DNA of 64,000 nt from Pseudomonadota bacterium (GTDB lineage: Bacteria; Pseudomonadota; Gammaproteobacteria; Ga0077536). Where the stretch lies: contig JAYWAC010000240.1 of assembly GCA_043782755.1 (NCBI GenBank), forward strand, positions 591-64,590, written 5' to 3'. Below are positions 28,095 through 37,373 of this stretch, piece by piece (position 1 is the stretch's first letter; every line of letters begins with the position of its first letter). The translations under genes and the position numbers were made by a program. The notes beneath the pieces were generated by a model. That model searched no databases. It saw nothing but the letters and a program-made list of their open reading frames with translations, and had not been told where the DNA came from.

Positions 28095-28243
28095 GCTAGA
28101 ACCGGTCTCAAGATTGCTGCGCTTGTTATTTTGCGCGTCGGCGGTGCTCGAAATCCTCACATACTTCTTTGTATGCTGCGGTTTCTCCGCGCCGGCGACG
28201 CGCAAACTGACTGCGCTCGCTTAATCTTGAAACCGGTTCTAGC
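28095..28243. repeat. 149-bp MITE-like element / long imperfect hairpin with 21-bp terminal inverted repeats
   Basis: Termini gctagaaccggtctcaagatt and aatcttgaaaccggttctagc match 20 of 21 as reverse complements. Internal arms also pair (ttgcgcgtcggcgg with ccgccggcgacgcgcaa). The centre is catac-ttcttt-gtatg. Confidence 0.6.
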
Positions 28244-28285
28244 TTTTCCGACACAATCAAACTCGACAATCACCCAGGGGGAGTC

Positions 28286-29140
28286 ATGGCGAAATACACA
28301 CTAGAAATGTTGGCGGACGGATTCATTTTTCTGGAAGGCCCACGCTGGCACGACAACCAACTGTGGCTGTCGGACATGCGCGGCGAAACGGTCTACACCC
28401 TCACCGAGGCCGGCAAGCGCAGCAAGGTGGCGTCCTTCCCCAAGCATCCCTCGGGCATCAATTTCCTGCCGGACGGTCGCGTGGTCATCGTCTCCATGCA
28501 GGACCGCAAGCTCATGCAGGTCGATGCCGGCGGCAAGCTGAGCGAATACGCTGATCTCTCGAAGATGGTGTCCTATGACATCAATGACACGGTGTGCGAC
28601 GCCAACGGCAACATCTATGTCGGTAACTTCGGCTACGATCTCCTGGCCGGCGAAGACCCCAAGACCGCTGACCTCATCATGGTCGCGCCCTCGGGTCAGT
28701 GCAAAGTGGTGGCGAGCGGGCTCGAGTTTCCGAACGGCGCGGTCATCACACCAGACGGTCGCACCCTGATCATCGCCGAGACTTTCGGCCACAAGCTCAG
28801 CGCCTTCGATCGCGCTGCTGACGGCACGTTATCCAACCGGCGCGTATGGGCGCATCTCGGTGAGCGTACACCGGACGGCATCTGTCTTGATGCCGAAGGC
28901 GCGATATGGGTGTCGTCCTTCGTCACCAGTGAATTTGTGCGGGTGCTGCCCGATGGTTCTATCGGCGACATCATCACCACACAGGGCAAGCGTGCCGTGG
29001 CCTGCAACCTCGGCGGTGCCGATGGTCGCGCGCTGTTCGCTCTGACCTTCGCCGGTGAACTGGCGGATCTTGGCTCGGGTAAGCCGCTGGCGGCGGTGGA
29101 AGTGTGTCGCGTCGAGGTGGCGGCGGCGGGTTCGCCGTAG
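28286..29140 (+). CDS. SMP-30/gluconolactonase/LRE-family protein
   Basis: 284 aa with GGGGAG RBS. Beta-propeller lactonase-like motifs (LEGPRWH, PNGAVITPDGRTLIIAET, PDGICLDAEG). Confidence 0.8.
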   Translation: MAKYTLEMLADGFIFLEGPRWHDNQLWLSDMRGETVYTLTEAGKRSKVASFPKHPSGINFLPDGRVVIVSMQDRKLMQVDAGGKLSEYADLSKMVSYDINDTVCDANGNIYVGNFGYDLLAGEDPKTADLIMVAPSGQCKVVASGLEFPNGAVITPDGRTLIIAETFGHKLSAFDRAADGTLSNRRVWAHLGERTPDGICLDAEGAIWVSSFVTSEFVRVLPDGSIGDIITTQGKRAVACNLGGADGRALFALTFAGELADLGSGKPLAAVEVCRVEVAAAGSP

Positions 29141-29163
29141 CCCGGCACATCGCTAGCGGAAAA

Positions 29164-29469
29164 TCATTCGATGTTGAACAGCTGGTCGAAATTGGCGACC
29201 GCGAGAATGTCGCGAATCACTGGTTGGGCGTTGGTCAGACGTACGGCCTGACGCTGGCCGCCGGCATGTTCGCGCAACTGCAACAGCATGCCGAGCGCGG
29301 CGCTGTCCATATAAGTGGTGCCGCGCAGGTCGAGCACGTAGTTGCCAAAGTGCTTGCCGGCGGCTTCATAGGCCTGGCGCAGCTCGCGATGGACGTTGAA
29401 GTCGAAGCGATCCTGAACATGGATGGTCAGGGTCTGGCCGTCGCCAGAGGTCTGGGTGCTGATGCTCAT
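29164..29469 (-). CDS. STAS-domain protein (anti-sigma-factor-antagonist-like), last gene of the che operon
   Basis: Start at MSISTQ (ATG 29469) after GGAG. LDLRGTTYMDSAALGMLLQL is the STAS core and retains the Ser at the SpoIIAA phospho-site position. Confidence 0.7.
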   Translation of the reverse strand: MSISTQTSGDGQTLTIHVQDRFDFNVHRELRQAYEAAGKHFGNYVLDLRGTTYMDSAALGMLLQLREHAGGQRQAVRLTNAQPVIRDILAVANFDQLFNIE

Positions 29470-29534
29470 CTTGAGACTCCGATGCAATATTTTCTGGGAT
29501 ATTCGAACGCTGGCCAGTCAGTGGCGGTGGGCGC

Positions 29535-30716
29535 TCAGAACAATTCGATCTCGCCTTCGACCATGGTCGCTTGATGGGCCGGTTTACGCGGCTGCATCTC
29601 GTGCAGGACATCGGCCGTGAGACGCAATTGCTCAAGGCTGGCGTCGAGGGCCTGCGACGACCAGCGCATAACGCCGGTTTCAACCACATTTTCGAAGCGT
29701 GCCAGCGCTTGCTCGCCGTGCTCGGCGACTTGCCGCGCGATGTCCTCGAATTGCAGCGCGCGCACTGCGCTGTTGGAGCGTTCGGCGATTTGCGCCGCCA
29801 GGCCCGAGGTCTCACCTAGCAGCCCGTGCAAGGACGATTCCAGCGTAGACAGATGCTTCGTCATGCCGTCGATGCTGGACTTGTGAGTGAGCAGCTTGCT
29901 CATGTCCGTTGATGCCGAATCACCGACCAGCTTGCGCGTCGAATGCATGGTGGTCTGCGCGCTTTCAACCTGGGAGCGAATCTGTTCGTTGAAATGCGCG
30001 GAGTTGAGCGACAGCTTGCGCACCTCGTCGGCCACCACCGCGAAGCCACGTCCAGCCTCGCCGGCGCGCGCGGCTTCGATGGCGGCGTTCAAGGCCAGCA
30101 GATTGGTCTGATCGGCGATGCCTTTGACATCGCCCAGCAGTTCGAAAATCTGCGTCATCTGGGTGTTCATGGTGTCGATCATGTTGACGATGTCCATGCC
30201 GCGTTTGCTGGCGACAATGGCGTTGTCGACGAAGCCTTGCAGCACATGGGAGGTGTCGCGCACGAACTTGCTGATGGTGACGTTTTCTTGCGGGTCGTTG
30301 CTGGCGTTTGAATTGGGCGAACCGTTGGCGAGCGTGTGTAGCGCTTTGTCCATCAGCGACTTCTGGGTCTGCGCGTCGGCGTGAAAGCCGTCAAACGAAT
30401 AGCCGAGTGCCGCGACTGCATCGCGAATCAATTCGCGGATCTGCACCATGTCGCCCTGCAGTTGGCGGATCGTCTGGCGCGAGGCGTCATGCAGCAGTTC
30501 GATGCGTTCGGCATGGTGGAGGCTGGCGTCGGATTGTGCAGCCTGTGCGGCGGCACTGCTGGCAAGGGCGTCGCGGCTGCGGCGTTCATCCCACATCCAG
30601 GCCGCCGCCACCGCCAGTAGGCAGATCAGCGCGACCGGAGATTGATCGATCACCATCGTGCAAAGCGCGGCGGTGACGGTGACCAGTCCGGGAATCACGC
30701 GATGGGAGTCGTTCAT
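29535..30716 (-). CDS. methyl-accepting chemotaxis protein without a recognisable sensor domain
   Basis: 393 aa with two closely spaced N-terminal hydrophobic segments. Conserved signalling hairpin [29 protein letters not shown]-terminus GEIELF. Confidence 0.85.
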   Translation of the reverse strand: MNDSHRVIPGLVTVTAALCTMVIDQSPVALICLLAVAAAWMWDERRSRDALASSAAAQAAQSDASLHHAERIELLHDASRQTIRQLQGDMVQIRELIRDAVAALGYSFDGFHADAQTQKSLMDKALHTLANGSPNSNASNDPQENVTISKFVRDTSHVLQGFVDNAIVASKRGMDIVNMIDTMNTQMTQIFELLGDVKGIADQTNLLALNAAIEAARAGEAGRGFAVVADEVRKLSLNSAHFNEQIRSQVESAQTTMHSTRKLVGDSASTDMSKLLTHKSSIDGMTKHLSTLESSLHGLLGETSGLAAQIAERSNSAVRALQFEDIARQVAEHGEQALARFENVVETGVMRWSSQALDASLEQLRLTADVLHEMQPRKPAHQATMVEGEIELF

Positions 30717-30814
30717 GCGTTGAGATCTCGCGAGCCGTTTTTTTTTCCGTCGCGAAGTACATCGGAAACAGCGAATTTTTCTTTAGGCCAGGTGACCCCG
30801 CGTCAGTGATTTCG

Positions 30815-31876
30815 TCAATTTCGAGTAAGTCGGGAAGCGAGCTCTGCGATTTCATCGAGCGGCACGACATGGTCGGCGGCGCCGAGCTTGACCGCCTCGC
30901 CGGGCATACCCCACACCACGCTGGACGCCTCGTCTTGGCAAATGGTCTTGGCGCCCGCCTTGTGCATGTTGAGCATGCCCTTGGCACCGTCGGCGCCCAT
31001 GCCGGTCAGCAGCACACCGACCGCGTTGGGGCCCAGGTTGCTGGCCACCGCATCGAACAGCACATCGACCGACGGACGGTGACGATTGACCAGTGCGGTG
31101 TCGTGCAGACGGCAGCGATAACGCGCGCCGGCGCGCTCGACCGTAAGGTGACGGTGACCAGGAGCGATGTAGGCATGGCCTTGCAGTAGCGGCTGGCCGT
31201 CCTCGGCCTGACATACCCGCATCGGACTGGACTTGTCCAAGCGCGCTGCGAACGCCGCACTGAAGGCTTGTGGAATGTGCTGGGCAATAACAATAGCCGC
31301 ACTGTCGTGGCTCATGTTTTCCAGCACTTCGCGTATCGCCTCGGTGCCGCCGGTGGAGGCGCCAATGGCGATCAGTGTCGGCGGCATGGCTAGCCCGGCG
31401 ACCGGCTTGGCAACGCTGACTGCTGCTTTGATGGCGGCACGCGCCGGATTGAAGGGACGCAAGCGCGCGCGCGCGACGGCCTTGACCTTGGCGATGATCT
31501 CGCCCGCGTAGTCTTCGAGATGGTGGGACAGATCGAGCTTGGGCTTGGTGACAAAATCGACCGCGCCTATTGCCAGTGCCTGGAAAGTGATATCGGCACC
31601 CTGCTCGGTCAATGATGACACCATCACCACGGGCATCGGCCGCAGCCGCATGAGCTTGGACAGGAAGGTCAGGCCATCCATGCGCGGCATTTCGACATCC
31701 AGGGTCAACACGTCGGGATTGAGCTGTTTGATCATGTCGCGTGCCATGAGTGGATCATGCGCGCTGCCGACCACCTCGATACCGGGATCGGAAGCGAGCA
31801 TCTGACTCATGACTTTGCGCACCAGCGCGGAGTCGTCGATCACCAGCACGCGTATCGGTGTAGCACGCCTATCCAT
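30815..31876 (-). CDS. cheB: chemotaxis response regulator protein-glutamate methylesterase
   Basis: REC domain ([19 protein letters not shown]) plus methylesterase motifs GASTGG, AQHIP and GMGADG. Confidence 0.9.
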   Translation of the reverse strand: MDRRATPIRVLVIDDSALVRKVMSQMLASDPGIEVVGSAHDPLMARDMIKQLNPDVLTLDVEMPRMDGLTFLSKLMRLRPMPVVMVSSLTEQGADITFQALAIGAVDFVTKPKLDLSHHLEDYAGEIIAKVKAVARARLRPFNPARAAIKAAVSVAKPVAGLAMPPTLIAIGASTGGTEAIREVLENMSHDSAAIVIAQHIPQAFSAAFAARLDKSSPMRVCQAEDGQPLLQGHAYIAPGHRHLTVERAGARYRCRLHDTALVNRHRPSVDVLFDAVASNLGPNAVGVLLTGMGADGAKGMLNMHKAGAKTICQDEASSVVWGMPGEAVKLGAADHVVPLDEIAELASRLTRN

Positions 31877-31888
31877 AGTCTGTGTCGC

Positions 31889-32545
31889 CTAGAACAGTTC
31901 GACCTCGCCGCTCGCCGGCTTGCGTTCGATGTGGGCGCGGTAGCTGCCTTCCTCGGCGATGACGTCACGGCGCTCGGCGGATGCCAGTGGCTTGACCTGC
32001 GCGGCGCCACTCACAGGATGAAAGCGCACTTGGCGGCCGCAGTGACCACCGACATCCTCGCCGGCGATTTGTATACCTTCGTTGGTGAGGTATTCGCGCA
32101 CGAACTGGATATTGCGCTCACCGATATCGCTCGCGATCCGCAGCACGTGTCCGCCGCCGACTATTTTGGCTTTGAGTCGTTCGCGGCGACCACCAGCCTT
32201 GAGAATGGCATTGATCAGATGTTCCATCGCGAACGAGCCGTAGCGCGCCGCGTCACTGCCACCGTCGCCCAGACTGATGTCGGCCAGGCGTCCGTCGCCG
32301 ACCTCGGGCAGCATGAAGTGGTTCATGCCACCGACCTTGAGCAGCGGGTCCCACAGGCAGGCCGATACGCAGGAGCCGAGTGTGGTGGTGATGAATTCGT
32401 TCTCGCCCGTGGCGTAGTACTCGCCCGGCAGGATCTTGGCCACCACCGCACCGAGCTTGGCGTCAAAGCCTTTGCGGATATGCGTGAACTGCGCCGCGAG
32501 TTGGGCCTGGCTCCGCGTCTGTATCGCGTCGCTACTTGTGCTCAT
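31889..32545 (-). CDS. cheD: chemoreceptor glutamine deamidase
   Basis: 218 aa with LGSCVSACLWDP (catalytic Cys context) and KIVGGG. C-terminus GEVELF. Overlaps the cheR stop. Confidence 0.85.
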   Translation of the reverse strand: MSTSSDAIQTRSQAQLAAQFTHIRKGFDAKLGAVVAKILPGEYYATGENEFITTTLGSCVSACLWDPLLKVGGMNHFMLPEVGDGRLADISLGDGGSDAARYGSFAMEHLINAILKAGGRRERLKAKIVGGGHVLRIASDIGERNIQFVREYLTNEGIQIAGEDVGGHCGRQVRFHPVSGAAQVKPLASAERRDVIAEEGSYRAHIERKPASGEVELF

Positions 32546-33408
32546 CTCGCACTCGCTTGCCGATAGGTCGTCCGCCCTATCAGGTCAAAGCGTGTGCAGG
32601 TACCTAACATGGTTTCCGAATGTCCGATGAAAAGATAACCGTGGCGCGCGAGCACGTCGGCATAGCGACCAAACAGGCGGCTCTGGGTCTCTTTGTCGAA
32701 ATAGATCACGACATTGCGACAGAAGATCACATCGAACGGGCCTTTGAACGGCCATTGCTCCATGAGATTCAGCGGTGCGAAGCGAATCATGCCGCGCACT
32801 TCGTCCTTGACACGCAGATTGTCGGCACCACCGCCGGCGTTGGTAAAGAAACGCTTGAGGCGTGCTTCACTAAGACCCTGCTGGCGATTAGTTGGGTAGA
32901 TGCCAGCGGCCGCCGTCGCGACCACATTGGAGTCGATATCGGTGGCGAGAATCTTGACGTCCCAGCCACTGTTATTGCCGAGCGCTTGCCGCAAGGTCAT
33001 GGCGATGCTGTAGGGTTCTTCGCCAGTCGAACAGCCGGCCGACCACACGCGGATGCGACGGCTGGCGGCATTGGTCTTGAGCAGCACGGGCACCACGGTC
33101 TGGGCAAGACATTCGAAATGATGGTGCTCGCGAAAGAACGACGTCAGGTTGGTGGTGATGGCGTTGATGAAGTTCTCGATCTCGGCGTTGTTCTCGTCGC
33201 GCACCAGCGCGCAGTAGGCATCGAAGCCCGACAGGTTCATGGTGCGAATACGGCGCGCCAGGCGGCTATAAACCAGCTGGCGTTTGGTGTCGTTCAGACT
33301 GATGCCGGCATACTTGCCGACCAGTTTGCGCAGCAGTTCGAAATGTCCGTCGGTAAACGTATATTCCTGCGGCGCGTCCAAGGTCTGAGCGATAGCGAGG
33401 GAGGTCAT
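32542..33408 (-). CDS. cheR: chemotaxis protein methyltransferase
   Basis: Start set at MTSLAIAQ (ATG 33408). TSFFREHHHFE and the SAM-binding VWSAGCSTGEEPYSIAM are present. Confidence 0.85.
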   Translation of the reverse strand: MTSLAIAQTLDAPQEYTFTDGHFELLRKLVGKYAGISLNDTKRQLVYSRLARRIRTMNLSGFDAYCALVRDENNAEIENFINAITTNLTSFFREHHHFECLAQTVVPVLLKTNAASRRIRVWSAGCSTGEEPYSIAMTLRQALGNNSGWDVKILATDIDSNVVATAAAGIYPTNRQQGLSEARLKRFFTNAGGGADNLRVKDEVRGMIRFAPLNLMEQWPFKGPFDVIFCRNVVIYFDKETQSRLFGRYADVLARHGYLFIGHSETMLGTCTRFDLIGRTTYRQASAR

Positions 33409-33570
33409 GCTGTCTGTCCTGATCGGTATGGGTTCCGCATCCTGCATTGCACGATGACGACTTGGTCGACGGATCCGTTGGTGCGATCGACGCCGTCGCT
33501 GCGTTAGCACTGTTAGCTGCCGTTGTTCTGTCCCTTGGCTATGTTTATCCGTGGCGCTTGCGACCATGGA

Positions 33571-33900
33571 TCAGTGGGCGTTGAGACCGAGCGGCACGGC
33601 GTAACCGGACACCATGACGGCGTTGGTGAAGGCCGCCGACGGTGTGCGGATCTCAAAGCTGCGGGTCTGGCGGCTACAAACGCCGGCTAGAGCAGCCAGG
33701 TACTGCAGTGCGGCTGCGTCGATGAACTCGACCGCACTGGCGTCGCAAGCCACGTTGGCATGGCTGCCAGCCGCCAGCTGGGCGTCGCATTGCTGTTTGA
33801 ATTCGGCGATATCGCCGATACGCAGTGTTGTACGAAGAGGCATCAGGATCGTGTCGCCGTCGATGTGCGAGCGGGTGTCAGTCGTCATGTCCATTTTCAT
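33571..33900 (-). CDS. STAS-domain protein between cheW and cheR
   Basis: 109 aa. CDASAVEFIDAAALQYLAAL is a STAS core in which the phospho-Ser position is Ala. Confidence 0.6.
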   Translation of the reverse strand: MKMDMTTDTRSHIDGDTILMPLRTTLRIGDIAEFKQQCDAQLAAGSHANVACDASAVEFIDAAALQYLAALAGVCSRQTRSFEIRTPSAAFTNAVMVSGYAVPLGLNAH

Positions 33901-33954
33901 GGGCTGCTTACGTCGGAATCGAAGGAGCTTGCGTGTGGCGCGACGTTCACGATG

Positions 33955-34470
33955 TCAGTGCGCGGTAGCCGTCATGTCGAACTGTTCGGTGCTGAGCAGA
34001 CGATCGATATCGAGCAGAATGATCATCTTCTCCTCGACGGTCGCCAGTGCGCGGATGAAGTCCGTGTCGACGTGGCTACCGAAGTCAGGCGCCGCGCGAA
34101 AGTGGTCGGCCGACACCTTGTAGACATCGGATACCGCGTCGACCACGAAGCCGATGGTGCGCTCCACGCCTTCATTGCGAACCTTGAGCACAATAACGAC
34201 CGTGGTCGCGGTGTACTCGATGGCCGGCAGCGCAAAACGTTGACGCAGATCAATAATCGGCACGATGGCGCCGCGCAGGTTCATCACGCCGCGAATGTAG
34301 TCTGGGGTGTTTGGAATCTTGGTGGCCGGGCTCCAGCCCTTGATCTCCAGCACACGCAGGATGTCCACACCATATTCCTCACCATTCAACATGAAGGTCA
34401 GATACTGGTCCGCGTTGACCACCCCGCCGAGATCGAGATCGGCGACTTGCTTTGCTCTGCTAACTTCCAT
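33955..34470 (-). CDS. cheW: chemotaxis coupling protein
   Basis: 171 aa with QYLTFMLNGEEYGVDILRV and GVMNLRGAIVPIIDLR. Confidence 0.9.
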   Translation of the reverse strand: MEVSRAKQVADLDLGGVVNADQYLTFMLNGEEYGVDILRVLEIKGWSPATKIPNTPDYIRGVMNLRGAIVPIIDLRQRFALPAIEYTATTVVIVLKVRNEGVERTIGFVVDAVSDVYKVSADHFRAAPDFGSHVDTDFIRALATVEEKMIILLDIDRLLSTEQFDMTATAH

Positions 34471-34479
34471 CCTCGCCTC

Positions 34480-36537
34480 CTAGGCAGCCTGGGAATGGTC
34501 TTCAGTGGACGAGCTAGACTGCCGATTGCGGACCAGCTCGATGACGCCGCCGGCGTCGATGATCATGGCGACCGTGCCATCGCCAAGAATAGTGGCGCCG
34601 GAGATGCCGTCGACCTTGCGGTAGTTGGTTTCGAGACTCTTGACCACGACCTGCTGCTGACCGAGCAACTCGTCGACGAAGATGCCGGCGCGGCGACCCT
34701 CGCCCTCGACCACTACCAAGAGGCCCTCTTTGAGCACCGTCGAGTGCGGCTCGATGCCGAACAGTTCGTAGAGGCGGATGATTGGAATGTATTCGCCGCG
34801 CAGGCGGTAGAGTTCGGCACTGCCGGTCACCGACTTGACGCGATCGGGCGTGGCTTGCAGCGATTCGATGATCGAGACCAGCGGCACGATGTAGGTTTGG
34901 TTGCCAACCCGCACCAGTTGTCCATCGAGAATCGCGAGCGTCAGTGGCAAGCGGATACGGATGGTGGTGCCGACCGCGACCGTCGATTCCAGTTCGATGA
35001 TGCCGCCGAGTTCCTTGATGTTGCGGCGGACCACGTCCATGCCGACACCGCGGCCAGACACCGCGCTGATTTCCTTGGCGGTCGAGAAGCCGGGATGGAA
35101 GATGAGGTCGCGAATGGCTTCCTCGGACATCGTTTCCTCGGCGCCGACGATGTTGCGCTCGCGGGCCTTGGCGAGCAGCACGTCGGTGTTGATGCCAGCG
35201 CCGTCATCGACGATTTCGATGACGATGTTGCCGCCTTCATGACGAGCCGCCAGTGACAGCGTGCCGAAGTTCGGCTTGCCGGCCGCCGCGCGCTGTGCGG
35301 GCCTTTCGATACCGTGGTCGAGCGCGTTGCGCACCAGGTGCACCAGCGGGTCGCCGATCTTCTCCAACACGGTCTTATCGAGTTCGGTCTGTTCACCACT
35401 GATCTTGAGTTCCACTTGCTTGCCGAGCTTGGCACTCAAATCCCGCACCAGACGCGGAAAGCGATTGAAAGAGACGCTGATCGGCAGCATGCGGATGCGC
35501 ATCACGCTTTCCTGCAGCTCGCGCGTATTGCGTTCGAGCTGAGCCAGACCTTCGCGCAGCTTGGCGAAATTGCGTGGCTGGGAGTCGTCGTTGAACTGGC
35601 CGAGCATGGATTGCGTGATGACCAATTCGCCGACCAGGTTGATCAGCGAATCCACTTTAGAAATGTCGACGCGGATCGACGCGGCAGCCGTGCTCTGACC
35701 CTCCCCCTGGCGGCGATCAGTCTGGCGCCTGTCATTCCGACGGCGGTCATCGGTTGCCGGCACGGCGCTCAAACCTTCGCTCGCGGCGGTGGTATCGAGC
35801 ATCGCCAGGGTGGTCGGTGGCTCGCGGCTCAGAGTGATCTTGGCGTCGTCTTCGACCCACTCGAACACTTCACGGATGACGGTTTCGTCGACGCTGCCGG
35901 CGAGGGTGATGCGCCATGCCGAGTAGCAGATCTCGGCATCGTAGAGTGCATAGTCGGGGAGGCGCGAGAGGTCTAGCTCAGCGCTGTAGGGGCCGAGGCG
36001 TTGGAGTTCACGCAGGATGCGCACCGGGTCATTGCCGGTGGCGAACAGGTGCGGTTCGGGCGTGAATTCGATATGCCAGGGGTTATTGTTGACATTCCCT
36101 TTAGCCACGACCGCGTCGCCCGTGGCGGCGACACTGTCAGGCGCGGCGCCATGATGCAGTTGCTCCTCGAGCTTGTGGTGCACCTCGGCGACCGCTTGCG
36201 CGTCGAAATCCGTAGCGCTGCGCGCGGCATCAAGCATGGCGCGCAGACTGTCGACCGCCAACAGCAGCACATCGACCGCCTCGCGCGTGACCTGACGGGC
36301 GCCGCTGCGCATTTCGTCGAGCAGGGTTTCCAGGAGGTGGGTGAAATCGCTGATCGCACCGAAGCCGAATGTGCCACTGCCGCCCTTAATGGAGTGGGCG
36401 GCGCGGAAGATGGCGTTGACGGCCTCAATGTCGGGGCGTCCGACTTCGAGGTCGATCAGACCCGCTTCCATGACTTCGAGACCCTCGAAGGACTCCTCGA
36501 AAAAGACCGGGTGAAATTGCGCGATGTCGATGGACAT
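34480..36537 (-). CDS. cheA: chemotaxis histidine kinase
   Basis: 685 aa. Hpt site RAAHSIKGGSGTFG, N-box HLVRNALDHGIE, G1 DDGAGI, G2 GRGVGMDVV and a C-terminal CheW-like domain. Confidence 0.95.
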   Translation of the reverse strand: MSIDIAQFHPVFFEESFEGLEVMEAGLIDLEVGRPDIEAVNAIFRAAHSIKGGSGTFGFGAISDFTHLLETLLDEMRSGARQVTREAVDVLLLAVDSLRAMLDAARSATDFDAQAVAEVHHKLEEQLHHGAAPDSVAATGDAVVAKGNVNNNPWHIEFTPEPHLFATGNDPVRILRELQRLGPYSAELDLSRLPDYALYDAEICYSAWRITLAGSVDETVIREVFEWVEDDAKITLSREPPTTLAMLDTTAASEGLSAVPATDDRRRNDRRQTDRRQGEGQSTAAASIRVDISKVDSLINLVGELVITQSMLGQFNDDSQPRNFAKLREGLAQLERNTRELQESVMRIRMLPISVSFNRFPRLVRDLSAKLGKQVELKISGEQTELDKTVLEKIGDPLVHLVRNALDHGIERPAQRAAAGKPNFGTLSLAARHEGGNIVIEIVDDGAGINTDVLLAKARERNIVGAEETMSEEAIRDLIFHPGFSTAKEISAVSGRGVGMDVVRRNIKELGGIIELESTVAVGTTIRIRLPLTLAILDGQLVRVGNQTYIVPLVSIIESLQATPDRVKSVTGSAELYRLRGEYIPIIRLYELFGIEPHSTVLKEGLLVVVEGEGRRAGIFVDELLGQQQVVVKSLETNYRKVDGISGATILGDGTVAMIIDAGGVIELVRNRQSSSSTEDHSQAA

Positions 36538-36583
36538 GCTGCCTCCCGCAATGAGCCCTGGTGCGGAACGCCGGTGCTCGGCC

Positions 36584-36946
36584 CTAGCCGAGCACCTTGG
36601 CGATGGTCGCCAGCAACTGCTCAGGGTTGAAAGGTTTCACCAGCCAGCCGGTGGCGCCGGCGGCTTTGCCCTGGGCCTTCTTGTCAGCTGCGGATTCAGT
36701 GGTCAGCAACAGCATGGGCGTGAATTTGTACTTCGGCAGCTGGCGCAATTGGCGCACCAGCTCTATGCCATCCATGTTCGGCATGTTCACGTCGGTGAGG
36801 ATCACATCGGCGCCGCCTGATTTGGCTTTTTCGAGCGCATCCTTGCCATCGACCGCCTCGATGACGTTGTAGCCCGCGCCTTTGAGGGTGAATGCGACCA
36901 TTTGGCGCATGGAAGCCGAATCATCGACCGCGAGAATGCTTGCCAT
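36584..36946 (-). CDS. cheY: chemotaxis response regulator
   Basis: 120 aa single REC domain (AVDDS, LTDVNMPNMDG, LLLTTES, LVKPF). AGGAG RBS. Confidence 0.9.
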   Translation of the reverse strand: MASILAVDDSASMRQMVAFTLKGAGYNVIEAVDGKDALEKAKSGGADVILTDVNMPNMDGIELVRQLRQLPKYKFTPMLLLTTESAADKKAQGKAAGATGWLVKPFNPEQLLATIAKVLG

Positions 36947-37003
36947 TGCGGGATCTCCTGAGCTTGAGTCTGCGGCGCTTGCAGCGATATTGGGTCTGAC
37001 GGG

Positions 37004-37031
37004 TTAGCGGCAATGAACTTGAAACTCTTGA
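37004..37031 (-). promoter_or_regulatory. sigma-28 (FliA)-like promoter candidate upstream of cheY
   Basis: The minus strand reads TCAAG-N15-GCCGCTAA, about 58 nt upstream of the cheY ATG. The -10 element matches GCCGATAA in 7 of 8 positions. The spacer is 1 to 2 nt longer than consensus spacing as I recall it. Confidence 0.3.
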
Positions 37032-37373
37032 TAGCCAGCAGGGGAAATGACGCATCACCTGTGCGCTATTTTTTTACCTGCTTCACTCTCGTCCTGACGG
37101 CTGCGGACAGTGAGCGCTATGGCGTCGCAGGTCGCCCTCAGAGGCGATACTGAAAATCGACCAACAAGTGTTCTGTGTGACGCTCGAAAACCAAGGCCGC
37201 AGGCGCGACTGTTCCAAGCCCATCGTGCGTGGGACAAAGCTTTATCGGTGTCTATTGGACCGACTTTTGTGCAATGGGCGTCGGCCATGCACGGCGTGTA
37301 CACTTAAGCCCGCCTTTGGCCGGCGGACCAGTCGCGACCGGGCAAAAATAAAGACAAAAGAGGGAGACCAGTC

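Noticed and set aside
33760-35256. 498-aa plus-strand ORF across cheW and cheA
   Set aside because: It is antisense to two genes with unmistakable Che motifs. The composition is Asp/Gly/Ala/His-rich and no domain is recognisable, so it is a shadow ORF.
37040-37373. Possible cobalamin or SAM riboswitch in the long leader of the MetE-like gene
   Set aside because: I could not find the conserved B12-box or core motifs, nor SAM-II-like pseudoknot signatures, by eye. A covariance-model scan is needed.
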